In this document: in pieces, positions 1 through 13,949 of the stretch
Numbering within the stretch: position 1 is the stretch's first letter
Layout: each line of letters opens with the position of its first letter
Source: the human T2T-CHM13v2.0 reference genome, Homo sapiens
Assembly (NCBI RefSeq): GCF_009914755.1
Contig: NC_060925.1
Length of the DNA: 64,000 bases
Strand: one strand, 5' to 3'
Program-made: the position numbers and the translations under genes
The notes under the pieces: generated by a model
The model's database searches: none
What the model saw: only the letters and a program-made list of their open reading frames with translations
Told to the model about the DNA's origin: nothing

Positions 1-1633
1 ACTAGATGAGTGTTCTGCTTGGTGTAAAACAGCTTTGCAAGCTGTAAAGTGCTATTCAGACTTACAGGTGGTCACTTGGTGCCAGGGAGGAGGAACCTGT
101 TCAGGAGCCCCCTCCAGAACCTGCCTTTCCCGGGCCACACCCATGTGCTGTGAGAATGCCCTTTGACCCTGTTGAAAAGCTTAAGCTGTGTAAATAAAGT
201 CATCCGGAGTTTGCCTCTTGTGTGTACTGTGGCGAGCTGTTTGTCTGGGGCCTCTGTTAGTAAGCAAGTGGTGAGCATGCTGGAGATGATCCTTCCAGCA
301 GGGAGGGGAACCGCGGGTGAGCGGTCATCGTGCAAACGCCTCGCACAGTACTGGACACTGTGCAGCACATGACTGTCTTCTGTTGCTGCTAGTAAGAACT
401 CTTTCCTTCCAAATCCAGCTCAGCTCAAAACTCCCAGGCCCAACAAGCTATTTCCTGCTGACACCTTCACTCCAACTCCTTGGTTAATTGTGAATCGTGT
501 TTGTGCAGTGTGGCTCTGCCCATATTTGCCTGTCTCCTGGCAGCTTTGCGTCTGTGTCCTCGATGTGGATGCTTCTCCCTCCTTGGGAACTTGCAGCGTC
601 CTGTGGGCAGGAACCGTTTCTCCCCAGTCAGAATGAAGAACCCACACTCTCTACCTCTGAGGGTGGGGACTAAATCTCCTTCCTCTTATCACTCTAGGAC
701 AAAGACGACAAAAGGTATCCAGATCACGAGGTCAAGTGATTGATTTGTGACCCATGTGACCCATACATAAATGGCAGTGAGCCATAGGGCCAGCCAGACA
801 TGGTAAATTTCTGCAGCATTTCTCCTCCCCACTCATTGGCTTCAACGAGCCCCCACGGAACCCTCTCTCAGGGAGGACTGTGCTAGGTAGCCAAGAAGTA
901 GACTGCACAGTGGGCAGGCAGGTATACTCCCTTTGGAGATGGTTGTCCTCATTAAACATCAGGTATTTGAAGGTGACACCTAATTCCATGCTCCCAGTGG
1001 GTAAACTGTTCGTCAGCTGTGCCCAACTGCTCTTTAGGTGCTGGGCAAGATTGGTTCAATGTTTTATTCGAAGATCGATGAGTGATCCAATAGTTTTCCT
1101 CAAAATATTCCAGATTCCCCTGGAAGTGGGGATGGAGGGTGGAGAAGACCTTCCTTCTCATCAGTGCCTCTGGCTTTGGGATCTCAAGTCAGTTCCTTTT
1201 GGGAATCATCCTGCTGACCCTGAGCGCTCTCACTGTTGTGAGCCGTGTCAGGCCTGTCTCTTGTTTCTTCATATGAATTCCTTACAAGGTCTGTATATAC
1301 ATCATGGGCTTTAGTGAAGGTTGGGGTCTCCTGAGGGGGTTAATTTTGCAAAAATGTAAAGAGCTTAAAAAGGGAGTGTTGGGCATTTCTGTTCTTAAAC
1401 TTCCCTCGGCTTCCTCTCTCACATTGGCTCTAGGCCCTCCCAACACCATTTTAAGGTTACTCAAGCCCCCTTTTTTTGCTGCTCTCTCTCAGGAACAAAA
1501 ATATAGATTCCTCTTGTTTTCTTCTGTGGAGTAATTCAGCTCTAACCTCCAGCCACACCTCTGAACCTGTCTAAGAATTCAACGAGATAGGTCCAAAGCT
1601 TCTGAGTGTGTAAGTTCGTAGGCAAAGAGCCAC

Positions 1634-1937
<304 letters not shown>

Positions 1938-2884
1938 GAGCCGCTTTTTTTAAGCCTGGCAGGTCAGGCTGGAAGATCGTGGTGGTGGTCTTCCTGGACT
2001 TATGCAATGTTTTTACATAAGGATATTGACTTACAATAGATTCTGCTGAATTCAAAAAATAGGGGACACAGAGTTGTTCTCTTTCTAGGAGCTTACCCAT
2101 TCCCACTAAGATAATCATTCTGTTACATGTTTGGGAGCTCAATCGTCTCAAAGCCCTCTTAGACATACCTCATAACCTTCCTGTCTCCATTCACCTCATG
2201 AGTTTTTGCCATGGGTTCCACCTTGCTTCTACACAACTCTAATGCTTCAGGGAGGCAGCTGAAACCACCTGGGGCCACCTGACTATTTGACCGAGCGAGG
2301 CTCAACCCCTGACCTCAGAGAGTTCCTGAGCCAAGAGGGAAGGAAGGAAACCCTGAAATAAGGATAGAAAGAAATGTAGAGATGATATTGATTGTTACTA
2401 TCCCAGCCATTATCCTGATTACTTCTGTTGTCGTTATGGGCTCTTATGAAAGGTAAACCCAATTGAGGAAGATACTAAATGCCAACTGAGAACAACTTCA
2501 GACTCTTTGGCTCCAGTATTCCAACATAGGGATTCATATCATAAATTTCTTCTTGAGGAATGTGTGGATGTAGCGGGCTGGTGGGGGTGGGTTTTAACAG
2601 GCTAACTTGAATGCTTTTTTATATTTCACAATGAAAACTATATAATGCAGGTATTTCCCTTTTTACCTTGGCTTCCTGGAAGTTCAAAGATAAATTTAGG
2701 TGTCAAAGAAGTATCTGATTCAAACAAGTTTGTAAATATCTATCTTTCTCTTTCTTCCTCCTACTACCAATTCGTTTCTGATCTTTAATATAATATAAAC
2801 ACACACATAAAATCATCCTCTATGTGGTTTAATATTTTAAGCTGTCTCAAATTCTTCTTGGAAGTAAGCAAAGTATAAATTATA

Positions 2885-3110
2885 AGTAATAATAGTTAAC
2901 ATGTACTGACCACTATTATGTGCCAGACACTATTCTAAGTATTGTAAACTCATTTGATTCTCCCAACAACTCTAAGAGGTAAGAATTACTATTAATCTCA
3001 TTTTATAGATAAAGAAATTAAGGCACAGAAAGCTTCAATAACTTGCCTAAGGTAGCACAGCTAGGATTTGAACCTAAGCAGTGTGGCTTTAAGGGATGTG
3101 CTCTGCCCAT
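2885..3110 (-). mobile_element. MIR
   Basis: Reverse MIR core (cattttatagat...aaggcacaga...acttgcctaaggt...ggatttgaacc). Confidence 0.75.
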
Positions 3111-3228
3111 CGCACTAGAACAAATCCGTCAGTTCAAAAACTTAATTAGCCCATCCAGGGACACCAATGTAAAAAAGCATAATTATATGCCATCGGAGCC
3201 AGTCATCATCAAAACAAGACTGATATAA

Positions 3229-3509
3229 GGCCAGGTGCCTATAATCCCAACACTTTGGGACGCCGAGGTGGGCAGATCCCTTGAGGTCAGGAGTTTGAGA
3301 CGAGCCTGGCCAACATGGAGAAACCCCGTCTCTACTAAAAATAACAAAAATTAGCCAGGTGTGGTGGCGCACAGCTGTAATCCCAGCTACCCAGGAAGCT
3401 GAGGCAGGAGAATAGCTTGAACACGGGAGATGGAGGTTGCTGTGAGCCGAGACCATGCCACTATACTCCAGCCTAAGCAACAGAGTGAGATCCTGTCTCA
3501 AAAAAAAAA
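3229..3509 (+). mobile_element. AluS with a short deletion near the 5' end
   Basis: Alu consensus; TSD aagact(g/a)atata. Confidence 0.9.
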
Positions 3510-3799
3510 GACTAATATATCATAACAAGCAGCTCAGGCCACCCATTCTTAATCTAAATAAAGATTCCTTTCCACTCCTCCCCAACCTTATTCTTAGTGG
3601 AAGGGATGGAGGAAGTAGGATTTAGAATCCTTTCCCACCCTTCCCTAGCCCAGTCTCACCCCACTACCCCAGCCCCCTTTTTAGAGACTTTCCTGACATG
3701 TCCATTGCCCTATATGTTCCTTACTTTTTTCTTCAATAATGTGGGAAAAATAATGTTTTCACTCCTTCTGTATCACTTGCACGGAGATAATTAGTCAGC

Positions 3800-4420
3800 T
3801 TTTTGATGGACAAAGAGCTGAACAGAGAGAATTTCAGGCAGAGCAAATAATATGAGTAAAGGTACAATAAGCTGGGCACTCAGCTACTCAGGAGGCTGAG
3901 GGAGGATGATCACTCGAGGTGAGGAGTTTGATGCTGTAGGGAGCTAAGTTCATGCCTGTGAGTAAGCACAGCACTCCAGAGCCTGGGCAACATGGCAAGA
4001 CCTCACTGTTGAAACTACAAAGGCACAATGGTATGAAAGTGCAAAGTATGTATTTGAGAAACACTGAGAATGGGTTAATTGAGCTTTGAGGTTGGGCCAG
4101 ATTGTAAAGGCCTTGAAGGCCAAACCAAGAATTAAACTTTCAACTGTAGGGAGCCTTCAGAGCTTTTAAACATGAAAGAGACAAGACAGACCTGTAGTTT
4201 AGGAGCTCTGACAGCAGAGTATGGACTGAGGAAAGGGCAGGAAGGGAAGCACTTCAGGCAAAGAGACCACTTAGGGAACTGTTGAAACTATCCAAGAACG
4301 ATCTAACAGTTGGTGGCTTCAGTGATGCTGAGTAGAAGGTATTTCAAGAGGATAACTGACAGGACTGGGCCAGTAATTGGATATGGGATCCGCTCAGGAA
4401 GTAGGGCTCCAGGATATCTT
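3800..4420 (-). mobile_element. L2 fragment (host of the FAM)
   Basis: gggccagattgtaaaggccttgaaggcc...gggagcc...agagcttttaa typical of antisense L2. Confidence 0.55.
3871..4018 (+). mobile_element. FAM-like fossil Alu monomer
   Basis: Monomer with the 7SL-derived gcctgtgagtaagcacagcactcc segment; TSD aaagg(t/c)acaat at 3858-3868 and 4019-4029. Confidence 0.65.
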
Positions 4421-6589
4421 GTCACCTCATCAGGAAAATCCTCTCTTGCTGGCAGGTGATCACGTATTCCACTAGGACCCAAGGAGTCATCAATGTGAAC
4501 CATAGATGACAGATTAAGAGGCAGGGTGGGTCTCCTAGCCCAATACTCTTTTGTTACATATAAGCAAACTAAGGCTCAGGGAACTCCAACCATCTCTCCC
4601 TTTCTCCTAGCTCCTTCCTCCAAACCACACGGATCCCTGGACCTGAACCCATGGTGCAGTAGAGAAGTACCTCAGGCCCAGAGCCAGGAGGCCACAGGTG
4701 AGAAGCTGCAGTACCTCTTCTTTAGACTTTTTCTAGTGTCCTCCTTTCTGAATCTGTCTTCCTCTTCCCTTCAGCCCCCATCCCCCAGGTGGTCTCTGGC
4801 TGTCACAGCTGTGATGCCAGCTTCCTGCTTGCCCCAGACACTCAGCCCCAGGAGGCCCAGCCCCATTACGGCTCTGCCAAAACAACATCTGGGGAAGCTC
4901 CAATAGGTTCAGGGCCTCTTCTCTTGTTTTTTGTCTGGAGATAAAGGGGGTTTATCCTGGGCCCCTGGGAGTGAGGATGAGGAGGGTTTACAACATGTCT
5001 GTCTTCTAAATTTGGGAAAGAGGCAATAAATTCAGCTTCAGATCTGCTTCTGTCCCAAGTCCATGTGTTCCCCTGTGAGTTTCTGGCACTTTCAGTCACA
5101 CCTTCTCGTACCATAGGAGAAGGCCTAGAGGGAGAAGGTGTGGGAGGTCACATTCTTGGGGGGCCTCCAGGATAACAGACTTTTAGCAGATCGTTCCCAT
5201 CCTTTTGCTCCTGATACACCGAGGGAGTCGCAGAAACAAAAACACATCACTAGGGACCTTTCCAGCCATATTGGTCTGGCCATCTGTCCACGTCTCTTCC
5301 CCTTCCCCAGCTCCCACCTCATCCCGTCTTCACTGTCTCTCCTGTACCCTCCGCCATCCTTCTTGCCTTCACCCTTCCCTGACCACACAGCCAGGGTGGC
5401 AAAGGAGGGTGAGAAGCCCAGATCATTCATCTTCCCACAGACACTACTGGGTTAGTAGAGCACAGCAGCTGAGAAGCAACCCTCAGGGGAATACATGCCT
5501 TTGGGGGGAGCAGATTCCTTCCCCAGATGGGGCCTGGCATAGAGTCAGCTTTAGTTACAAGCTTGATGAATTCCTAACACTTTCCAGCCCCTCCCTCCCA
5601 GCAGCAGGAGAGTGGGCCTGTGTGGGCCAACGCGATGCAGAGTAACATGGAGAGGATGAAGAGGTGAGTTAGGGGAGCACACAGCCTGCATCCAGGACCC
5701 TGGAGGCCCTGTCCCTCCGAGACACGAAGACCACTCTGCAGTCGTCAAGGCAGTGGCTGGCCCCTGACAGCAGAAATGGAAGTTCCCTGGAGGTTGTCTT
5801 TCTCTGCCCTGTGCAGCACTCTGGGTCTCATGTCTCAGTTGCCAGGCCTCTCTCCTAGAACCCTGTGTTTGGTTGCCACCTCCAAGGCCCAGACAAGACT
5901 AAAATCCTCACTCCCTCTATGGATGCTGGTCACTGTCCGAAGGACACATGTTCTCATCCCCATTCCACTGTGGGTGTGCTCTGTGGTAGTCTAACTCTCA
6001 CCACCCTCCTTTCCAAACCCTTTCATTGAGCCCCCTTTGGGCCCAGAAAAGTCCCCTATATCCTCACCCCTCCAAGCATTTTCTCCATCTCCTGGCATTC
6101 CCTCAAACAGGCTGTGTCAAGAGAAGCCTGTTTTTCTGCCTCACCCAACACTCCTCAGAATGAGGCAGTGGGGACCAATGTGTCTTGCTCTATGTTAGCC
6201 TTTCCCTGCCATCATTCCTCATGCCTTTCTCCGAAGTTCATTTATCCCACTGTCTCATCAACATGGGCCCTCCCGGCCGCTCTTTCTCATTGACTAAAGA
6301 TCTTGCCCTGCGAGGGTTAGGGCCTTTCTCTGTACTCTAAATTCCTGCTACCACCTGATGAAACATCAACTTCTATGTGAGTAGCTGAACTCATTCTGCT
6401 CCTGGGCTCCTCTGTGTCTCCAAGTGGCCATCTCACGCACTCAGCCTCCAGCCCTCACCCCCAGATAGACACTTGGAATGCTGATACCAACTCCCAAACC
6501 CACCATGGTCCACCGCTGGCTCCCAGGGGAACCCAATACATATTCCTTGAGTAAGTGAATACATGAATAAAGCCAGGGTCACATGATGG

Positions 6590-6730
6590 GAATCTGGCCT
6601 AATGGAAAGGGCCCTAGGCTGGGTGGGAGATCTAGGTTCTAGTCCTAGCCCTGCCACTAAGTAGCTGTGTAACTTTGGACATCTTTTTTTCATCTCATGG
6701 CTTTCTTTTCTCCATCTGAAGAATTAAAAT
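6590..6730 (+). mobile_element. MIR
   Basis: ggttctagtcctagccctgccactaagtagctgtgtaactttggac MIR core. Confidence 0.7.
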
Positions 6731-6867
6731 TTTTGTGTAGATTATTTCTGAAAACCCTGCTTCTGACAGTTGGCAATTATGAGATATGGTTTGCTGAGCA
6801 TCTATAATACTTAGGTAGTATGCTAGGTGCTTCCTATAAATTACCTCTCATATACCTAATAACTAAA

Positions 6868-7157
6868 GGCCAGGTGAGGTGGCTCACGCTTGTAATCTCA
6901 GCACTTTGGGAGGCTGAGGCAGGCAGATCACGAGGTCAGGAGTTCAAGACCAGCCTGGCCAAGATGGTGAAACCCCGTCTCTACTTAAAATACAAAAATT
7001 AGCCAGGCGTGGTGGCAGGCACCTGTAATCCCAGTTACTCAGGAGCCTGAGGCAGGAGAATCACTTGAACTCGGTGGGGGGCAGAGGCTGCAGTGAGCCG
7101 AGATCTCGCCATTGCACTCCAGCCTGGGTGACAGAGTGAGACTTCATCTAAAAAAAA

Positions 7158-7158
<1 letters not shown>
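6868..7158 (+). mobile_element. AluS (Sg-like)
   Basis: Alu consensus; TSD tatac(c/t)taataact encloses the adjoining microsatellite. Confidence 0.92.
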
Positions 7159-7205
<47 letters not shown>

Positions 7206-7221
7206 GATATGTATGTATATA
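7159..7221. repeat. (TA)n(CA)n(TA)n microsatellite in the Alu tail
   Basis: Direct reading. Confidence 0.9.
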
Positions 7222-7628
7222 CTTAATAACTGATTCAGTAGTTTGAGGTGGGTGGGTCCAGAATCTCAGGGAGAGGCTGTGTGATCTGAATTTTTATCAA
7301 ACTTCCTGGGTGATTTGAATGGGTATCCTAAGGTCCCTTGGTATGCAGCCATTTGAATGTCAGATGAGAGATTTTTAATTAGTACTACAGGCAATGGGAA
7401 GCTATTGAAGGTTTTTAAAGCAGAAAAAGAAGGGTAATACTAAGGAGAGAGAGAAAGAACTAAGAAACAAGGAAGAAGGGAGAGAAGTATCTTTGATCTG
7501 TTACATGTTGAGACTGAAACACCAGAAAAATGCTCCAAAGATGTCCAGCTCTCAGTTGGAAAAAAATGAATTGGAAGCTCTGTAATAAAGGTGAAGTTAG
7601 AGATGACAATTTTGAGATTTATTCTTTA

Positions 7629-8015
7629 TCAGGAGATGCAAACTCAAATACCTCCAGAATGAAGGCAGGTAATGCAAATGAGGATTAAGTATAATTAAAA
7701 AAAACAGCATTCATCCTTAATAAATGGCATGTACCACTTTGTCTCAGCAGGGATGCAGTAGGTAAAGGTGGAGACTGTGGTGAGCTAGAGGACATACCCC
7801 CTGTCTTAGGGGCCAGTCATTGCCAAATAGAAGTGTGGGATCAGTGTTAACAGATCTTCTGGTTTTTAGAGAGAAACTATAGATATTTTCATTTTGACAC
7901 TTTCTAATTATTAAATGTTCACAATGAATTTTTTAAGTGCTTAAACACTATACAGACAAAACCATTTGTATCTATGGTCAGCTTTGCCTTGGGGGGTTCT
8001 AATTTGTGACTTCTA
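7629..8015. mobile_element. MER102-like hAT-Charlie DNA transposon relic
   Basis: Starts caggagatgcaaactcaaatacct, internal cagtgttaacagatcttctggtttttagagagaa, ends aatttgtgacttct (degenerate terminal inverted repeats). Confidence 0.55.
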
Positions 8016-8590
8016 AGCTGCACAGATGGGATTCAAGAGAGAGAGTTGAGTAAATTGAGAAGAAATCCAGGGGCTGCACTGTGAAGAACGACGGCCCTCC
8101 CAAGCACCCAAGCTTGCCTGGCGGTGAGCCCAGGGCTTAGAGAGACCCTGGTTCTTTTGGCCACTGGGTGTTTGGTGAGCTCCCATGTTGGTGGCAGCAA
8201 GTGAAGCCTGCACCTGCCACAGCTATTTCTGCTCATCAGCTGGAAATCATGTGGGTAGCCTCTGAGGTCCTGATACCTCCGGGGTTAGATGCCACCTTGG
8301 GGAGGGGCCTGCAGCCTTCACTCCACCACTCTGTATAGTCACTTTTATCCCAAACTGTGAAGATGCTCTCCATCCAGGAGTGTCTGAGTCCTGGCTGGAG
8401 CAGGCATCTTGTTTAACACATCTTAGACACCCACTTTGTATCAGGAAATTCTTCTGTTGTCTAATTTAAGTGCTTTTTGTACAATTTAATCTTTTTTTGC
8501 TTCTTCTATCTTCAGAGCAGGTGGTGGAATGGGTTACTCTTTAGCTTCCAGATTCTTCCTCAGCCTTCAATAGGGTCTCAAAAAGCCCCA

Positions 8591-9047
<457 letters not shown>

Positions 9048-10627
9048 CTAGATGGGTAGTTTTCTGCTTACCCTCAACCCTAACCGTCTTTGCATTATCT
9101 ATTTCTGTACCTACTCTCAGTTCATTCTGGGGTGGAGGAAGGGGTTCAAACCAGAAATATTAAAAGTAGCTAGCATCCCCACCTTCCTGTAGTTCTCATT
9201 AGCAGGTTTTAGAGACAATCTTATCTTCTCCTCTTCTTAAATTCTCTTCTGATTCTAAAGAATGACTCCCAGACTGGCTGGCCTAGAACTGACCTTGAAA
9301 GGCTCAACTTTGTGAGAAAATGATAGGGAACCCACAAAGATGTCCCGATCATTACCCAACGATGCTTGCAAAGAGTTGTGATATATTTAGCAGTATTTCC
9401 ACCCTGATTAGGAAGCAAGGAAGAGGCAGCTGGTCTTCCCCGGGTGATGTTTCTTATCAGCTCTGGGCAGCACAGTCAAGTTGTCACCAATGAGGTCTGT
9501 AAAGAGGAAAGATCAAATTAGTATTTGCACCAGCTACACTCAGACATACTCCACCAAAATGTACACTCTACCATAACACCCACATTTCACAAGACGACTT
9601 TCTTCAACAGATACCATTATATGTGCTTACTAACATAGTGAACACATATCCATATCCCCTGCTACCCACAAACATCAGAGCCCACATGCAATCTAAGTAT
9701 GTATGCTCACTCAAATATACATACTAATACCTCCCTAACCACACCGACACACAGACCAACAAAAACTACACTCTGCATGGTGGAGAAATGACCTGATATT
9801 ACCCTCCTACAATATCTCAGCCCAGCCACTGCCTGCCTCACTCAACCTCAGGTTTCTACTTGTACTCAGAAAATTGAGCCAACCAAGCCAAGTCCCCACA
9901 GGCCCAACAGGGCGCTGGGAAAGATAGAAATCACTTACAACGATCCAGTTGCTTCTGAGCTGGAAATGGAGAGCAGGGCTGCTTGCTAACCCCACAGACG
10001 GGGCCAGCACAGAGGCCTGAGGAGTGGGACCCACTTCTGCGTGGGAATATGGCCTGAAGAGAGCAGGTGGGTCAATCCTGAGTCGGCCACACAGGTGGGC
10101 TGTGCAAGTGGGCGAGATGAGCAACCAGGACTAGAGGAACCAATAGGTCTGAGGTCACATGGGACAGAAATTCTGGTCCAGATGAGGCATAAATGAAGTC
10201 CACCCTCACTTCCATCACCCCATTCCCCCTCTTCAGTGGGTGAAGTCACTGGTCAGCACAAGTCAACATTTAAAGTTCAAAATTCAACCCAAGACCCTTG
10301 GGTGGGAGTGGAGGGAGGTAGAGAAGAATGAGGAGGAAGAGGAGGAGGAAGGGCAGGAAGGGAGAAGGAGAAGCAGGAAGGACAGGTGGGGAGGGAGAGG
10401 AAACCCACTCTCCTTATCTTGCTGCTCAAACAGCACCTTGATTATACCAAGGAATGGGAAGCAACAGGCAACATGCAAAGAGAAAAAGCAGGGGTGATAT
10501 CTTGACTTTTAGAGTTTCTAAGGATTCTGGTCCTAGCAATATAAGAGTAGTTTCAGGAAATTTCAAAAACAATTGGGACTGCTATAATGTATTCAGAAAT
10601 TGATTGAGAACCTAAATCCAGAGTTGA

Positions 10628-10990
<363 letters not shown>

Positions 10991-11077
10991 TACACTGTAT
11001 ATTGACTTGGGAACTTTGAATGTGAGATACATTAAGTTTCCTCTCCCTAGGCTTGTGTATAGAAAGAAAAGAGGAGA

Positions 11078-11415
<338 letters not shown>

Positions 11416-12519
11416 TCATCTCTGCCCTACACAAAGTTCACAAACTAATCACCAATGACGAGGCCAAGGCACACCCTGGGTAATGGTGGAGACGAGGGGT
11501 TCCAGCCTCCTGGCTCCTGTCCCATTCACTGCATCATCGCCTGCAATGACAGCTCTGTCGGACCACGGCCCATGCAACAGCAGCAGAGGGGCCCAACAGT
11601 CTAATGAAAAGGCCCCATACTTGAAGTCAGAAAATTTGGTCCCAGTCCTGTCTCTCTTGAGAATTCACTATGTGGCCTGGTGTGGGACAGAAAAATCTAC
11701 ATAAGGACAGAATTCTATTTTCTGAAGCAAAAAACAGTCGAGGGGCTACCATAAGATTTTTTTCAGCAGTTCAGTTGCAAGAGATGTTAGGCATCTCCTA
11801 CAACTCACACCTGTCAAAGACATACCCAGGAAGATGTTCAGCGTTTTCACATTTAGGTGCTGAACAACCCTATATAGCTGTCTATATCTTGACCTATTTC
11901 CCTGACTTCCTTGGTGGTTGACCTTGGTCAGTTCCGGCCTTGCTGACACCTGGTCTCCATGGCTGGGTATATCTCTAAGTTATCTTGTTTCCAGGGTCAG
12001 CCCTGTTTCCTGTAACAAATAATTCTTTCCCCTCAGTGAGCAGAAGTAATGGCCTCATCTGGCCTGATCCAGCATTTGGGGAGAAGCCGGTGAAAGAGGC
12101 CATCTAAGAGATATGTTTAATGCCAAACTATTAGAATTTTGGGTCATTTTTATTTGTTATATGAAGCAGTAGAGCAAAATATTTGAATTCTGAATTGTTC
12201 CAGAAATGTGGGACATGTGAGCATAGTAACCTGTTTTCAATTAACTTGCAAGCTCTGGTTGAATCTCTAAAAAGATCACTAACAATACCAAATGATAGAT
12301 TATGAATGCCCAAAGAATGGTATGGATGACTAACTCAGCCTCGAGAGAATGGTCAGCATAGGTTTTCAAGGTGGAAGACCAAGATTACACTGTACCTTCA
12401 GTAGTGTGAGAGATTGAGGCAGGGGTGGGGCGTGGTATAGACAATGATGTATGCAGGAGATAAGGACATGAGCCACGGAGCAGCAGGGTCACGCATGTTC
12501 AGGCATGCATGGAATGGGG

Positions 12520-13400
12520 ACCACGTTACAGGGCAGAGATGGGGATCATGGGCAAGCTGTTGAGGGATCCAGGCTGTAGATTTGCTGATACTTAGAGGGC
12601 AGTGAGAAGAGTGACCCTGGAGCACAAAGTAGCAGCAACCTAAAAAGGCAGATGGGGCTAAATTATGAAGGGTCTTAAACATTAGGCAAAGGAGTCTGGA
12701 CTTGATTTAGTAGACGAATGGGGGAGGGGATGTTTCAGAATGACCTGAGCAAGAGAAGAGCTAGGGAATGAAGTCTTTTAGGAAGGGAACTCCACTAACA
12801 GTGGGAAGGGTGGTCTGGGGATGGGACTGGATAGAATCCACTGCAACCATCTAGATAGTAAGAAGCAGCCGATTTGGGGACTGGATTTAGGGAGCAAAGT
12901 ACAAGGAGGGGCTGACCTTTCTGGACGGAGTGACTGGGAAATGATGGTATCGCTGACAGAAATGGAGATCAAGAGCTTTGGAGAGACACTGGGCTTCGGC
13001 TGACATTGAGGTGGTGGCTGGACATCTGAGGGAGAGGACAGAGCCGGTGGGAACAGGAGCAGGATGGAAAGACAGGAGGACAGACTGTGCAGATGAGAAA
13101 AGCCACTGTAAAACAGTAAACATCAAGACAGGCTACATGCATAGGACCTCTCCAAGGAAAGGCAGCCTAGAGAAAAGGGAGGAGGACTGAGGAGACATAG
13201 TGCGGGGAACGGGGCACGAAGGGATCCAGGGGCAGCACAGCCAGACAGGGGGGTGGAGAAGCCTGGGGCACAAGGAAAAAAGACAGGGACACGGCTTCCA
13301 GAAGGTGGTCAGAGGGCTCAGAGTCCAAGGAAAATAGGAATTTACAGAGGCCACTGGGTTTTAGTCACCTTACAAACACGGCATCTGTATGCCAGACCCT
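12520..13400 (-). mobile_element. L2 fragments
   Basis: Purine-rich degenerate L2 motifs (ggggctaaattatgaagggtct...ggagtctggactt; gggaaatgatggtatcgctgacagaaatgg). Confidence 0.5.
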
Positions 13401-13949
13401 GGGCCAGGCTTCACGGTGTTGGGTAGAAGTTATCCTCATTCAGCAGACATCTACCGAGTGCCTGTGATGGTGGCGGTCCCTGAGTGTGGAAGAGGGAGAC
13501 TGAGGCCAGATTCTTTCTCGAGAAGGTCCAAACCACAATGAGGAAGGAAGACGGCTGGGGGAAGGAGGGAGTGGACGGAAAAATACGTACAGTTGAGAGC
13601 AGACCACTAATTCAAAAAAATTAGCACTTAAGGAAAGTGAGAACTAGAAAAATAAGTTGAGAAGACAAAAGTCTTGCAACACACCCCCTACCCCTACCCA
13701 CCAGAAAACTTAGACTTGAATGGTTCTCAGCAAGAGAAAAGACATTGCTGTAGAATGGAACTTGTTGTGGGAGGTGGGATTACCACGGAAATAAATAGAA
13801 GACAGCCTCCCTTTCCAAAGAGCCAAAAGGAACCCATTTCGTCTAGTTAAGAGACGAGGCAAAGCGGTAAAATGGTGACAACACGTCCTGGTGAGTGGTT
13901 CTGACCGTGAATGGTTGGAAAATGCTGTGGGAATCAGAAAGGGGAACCG

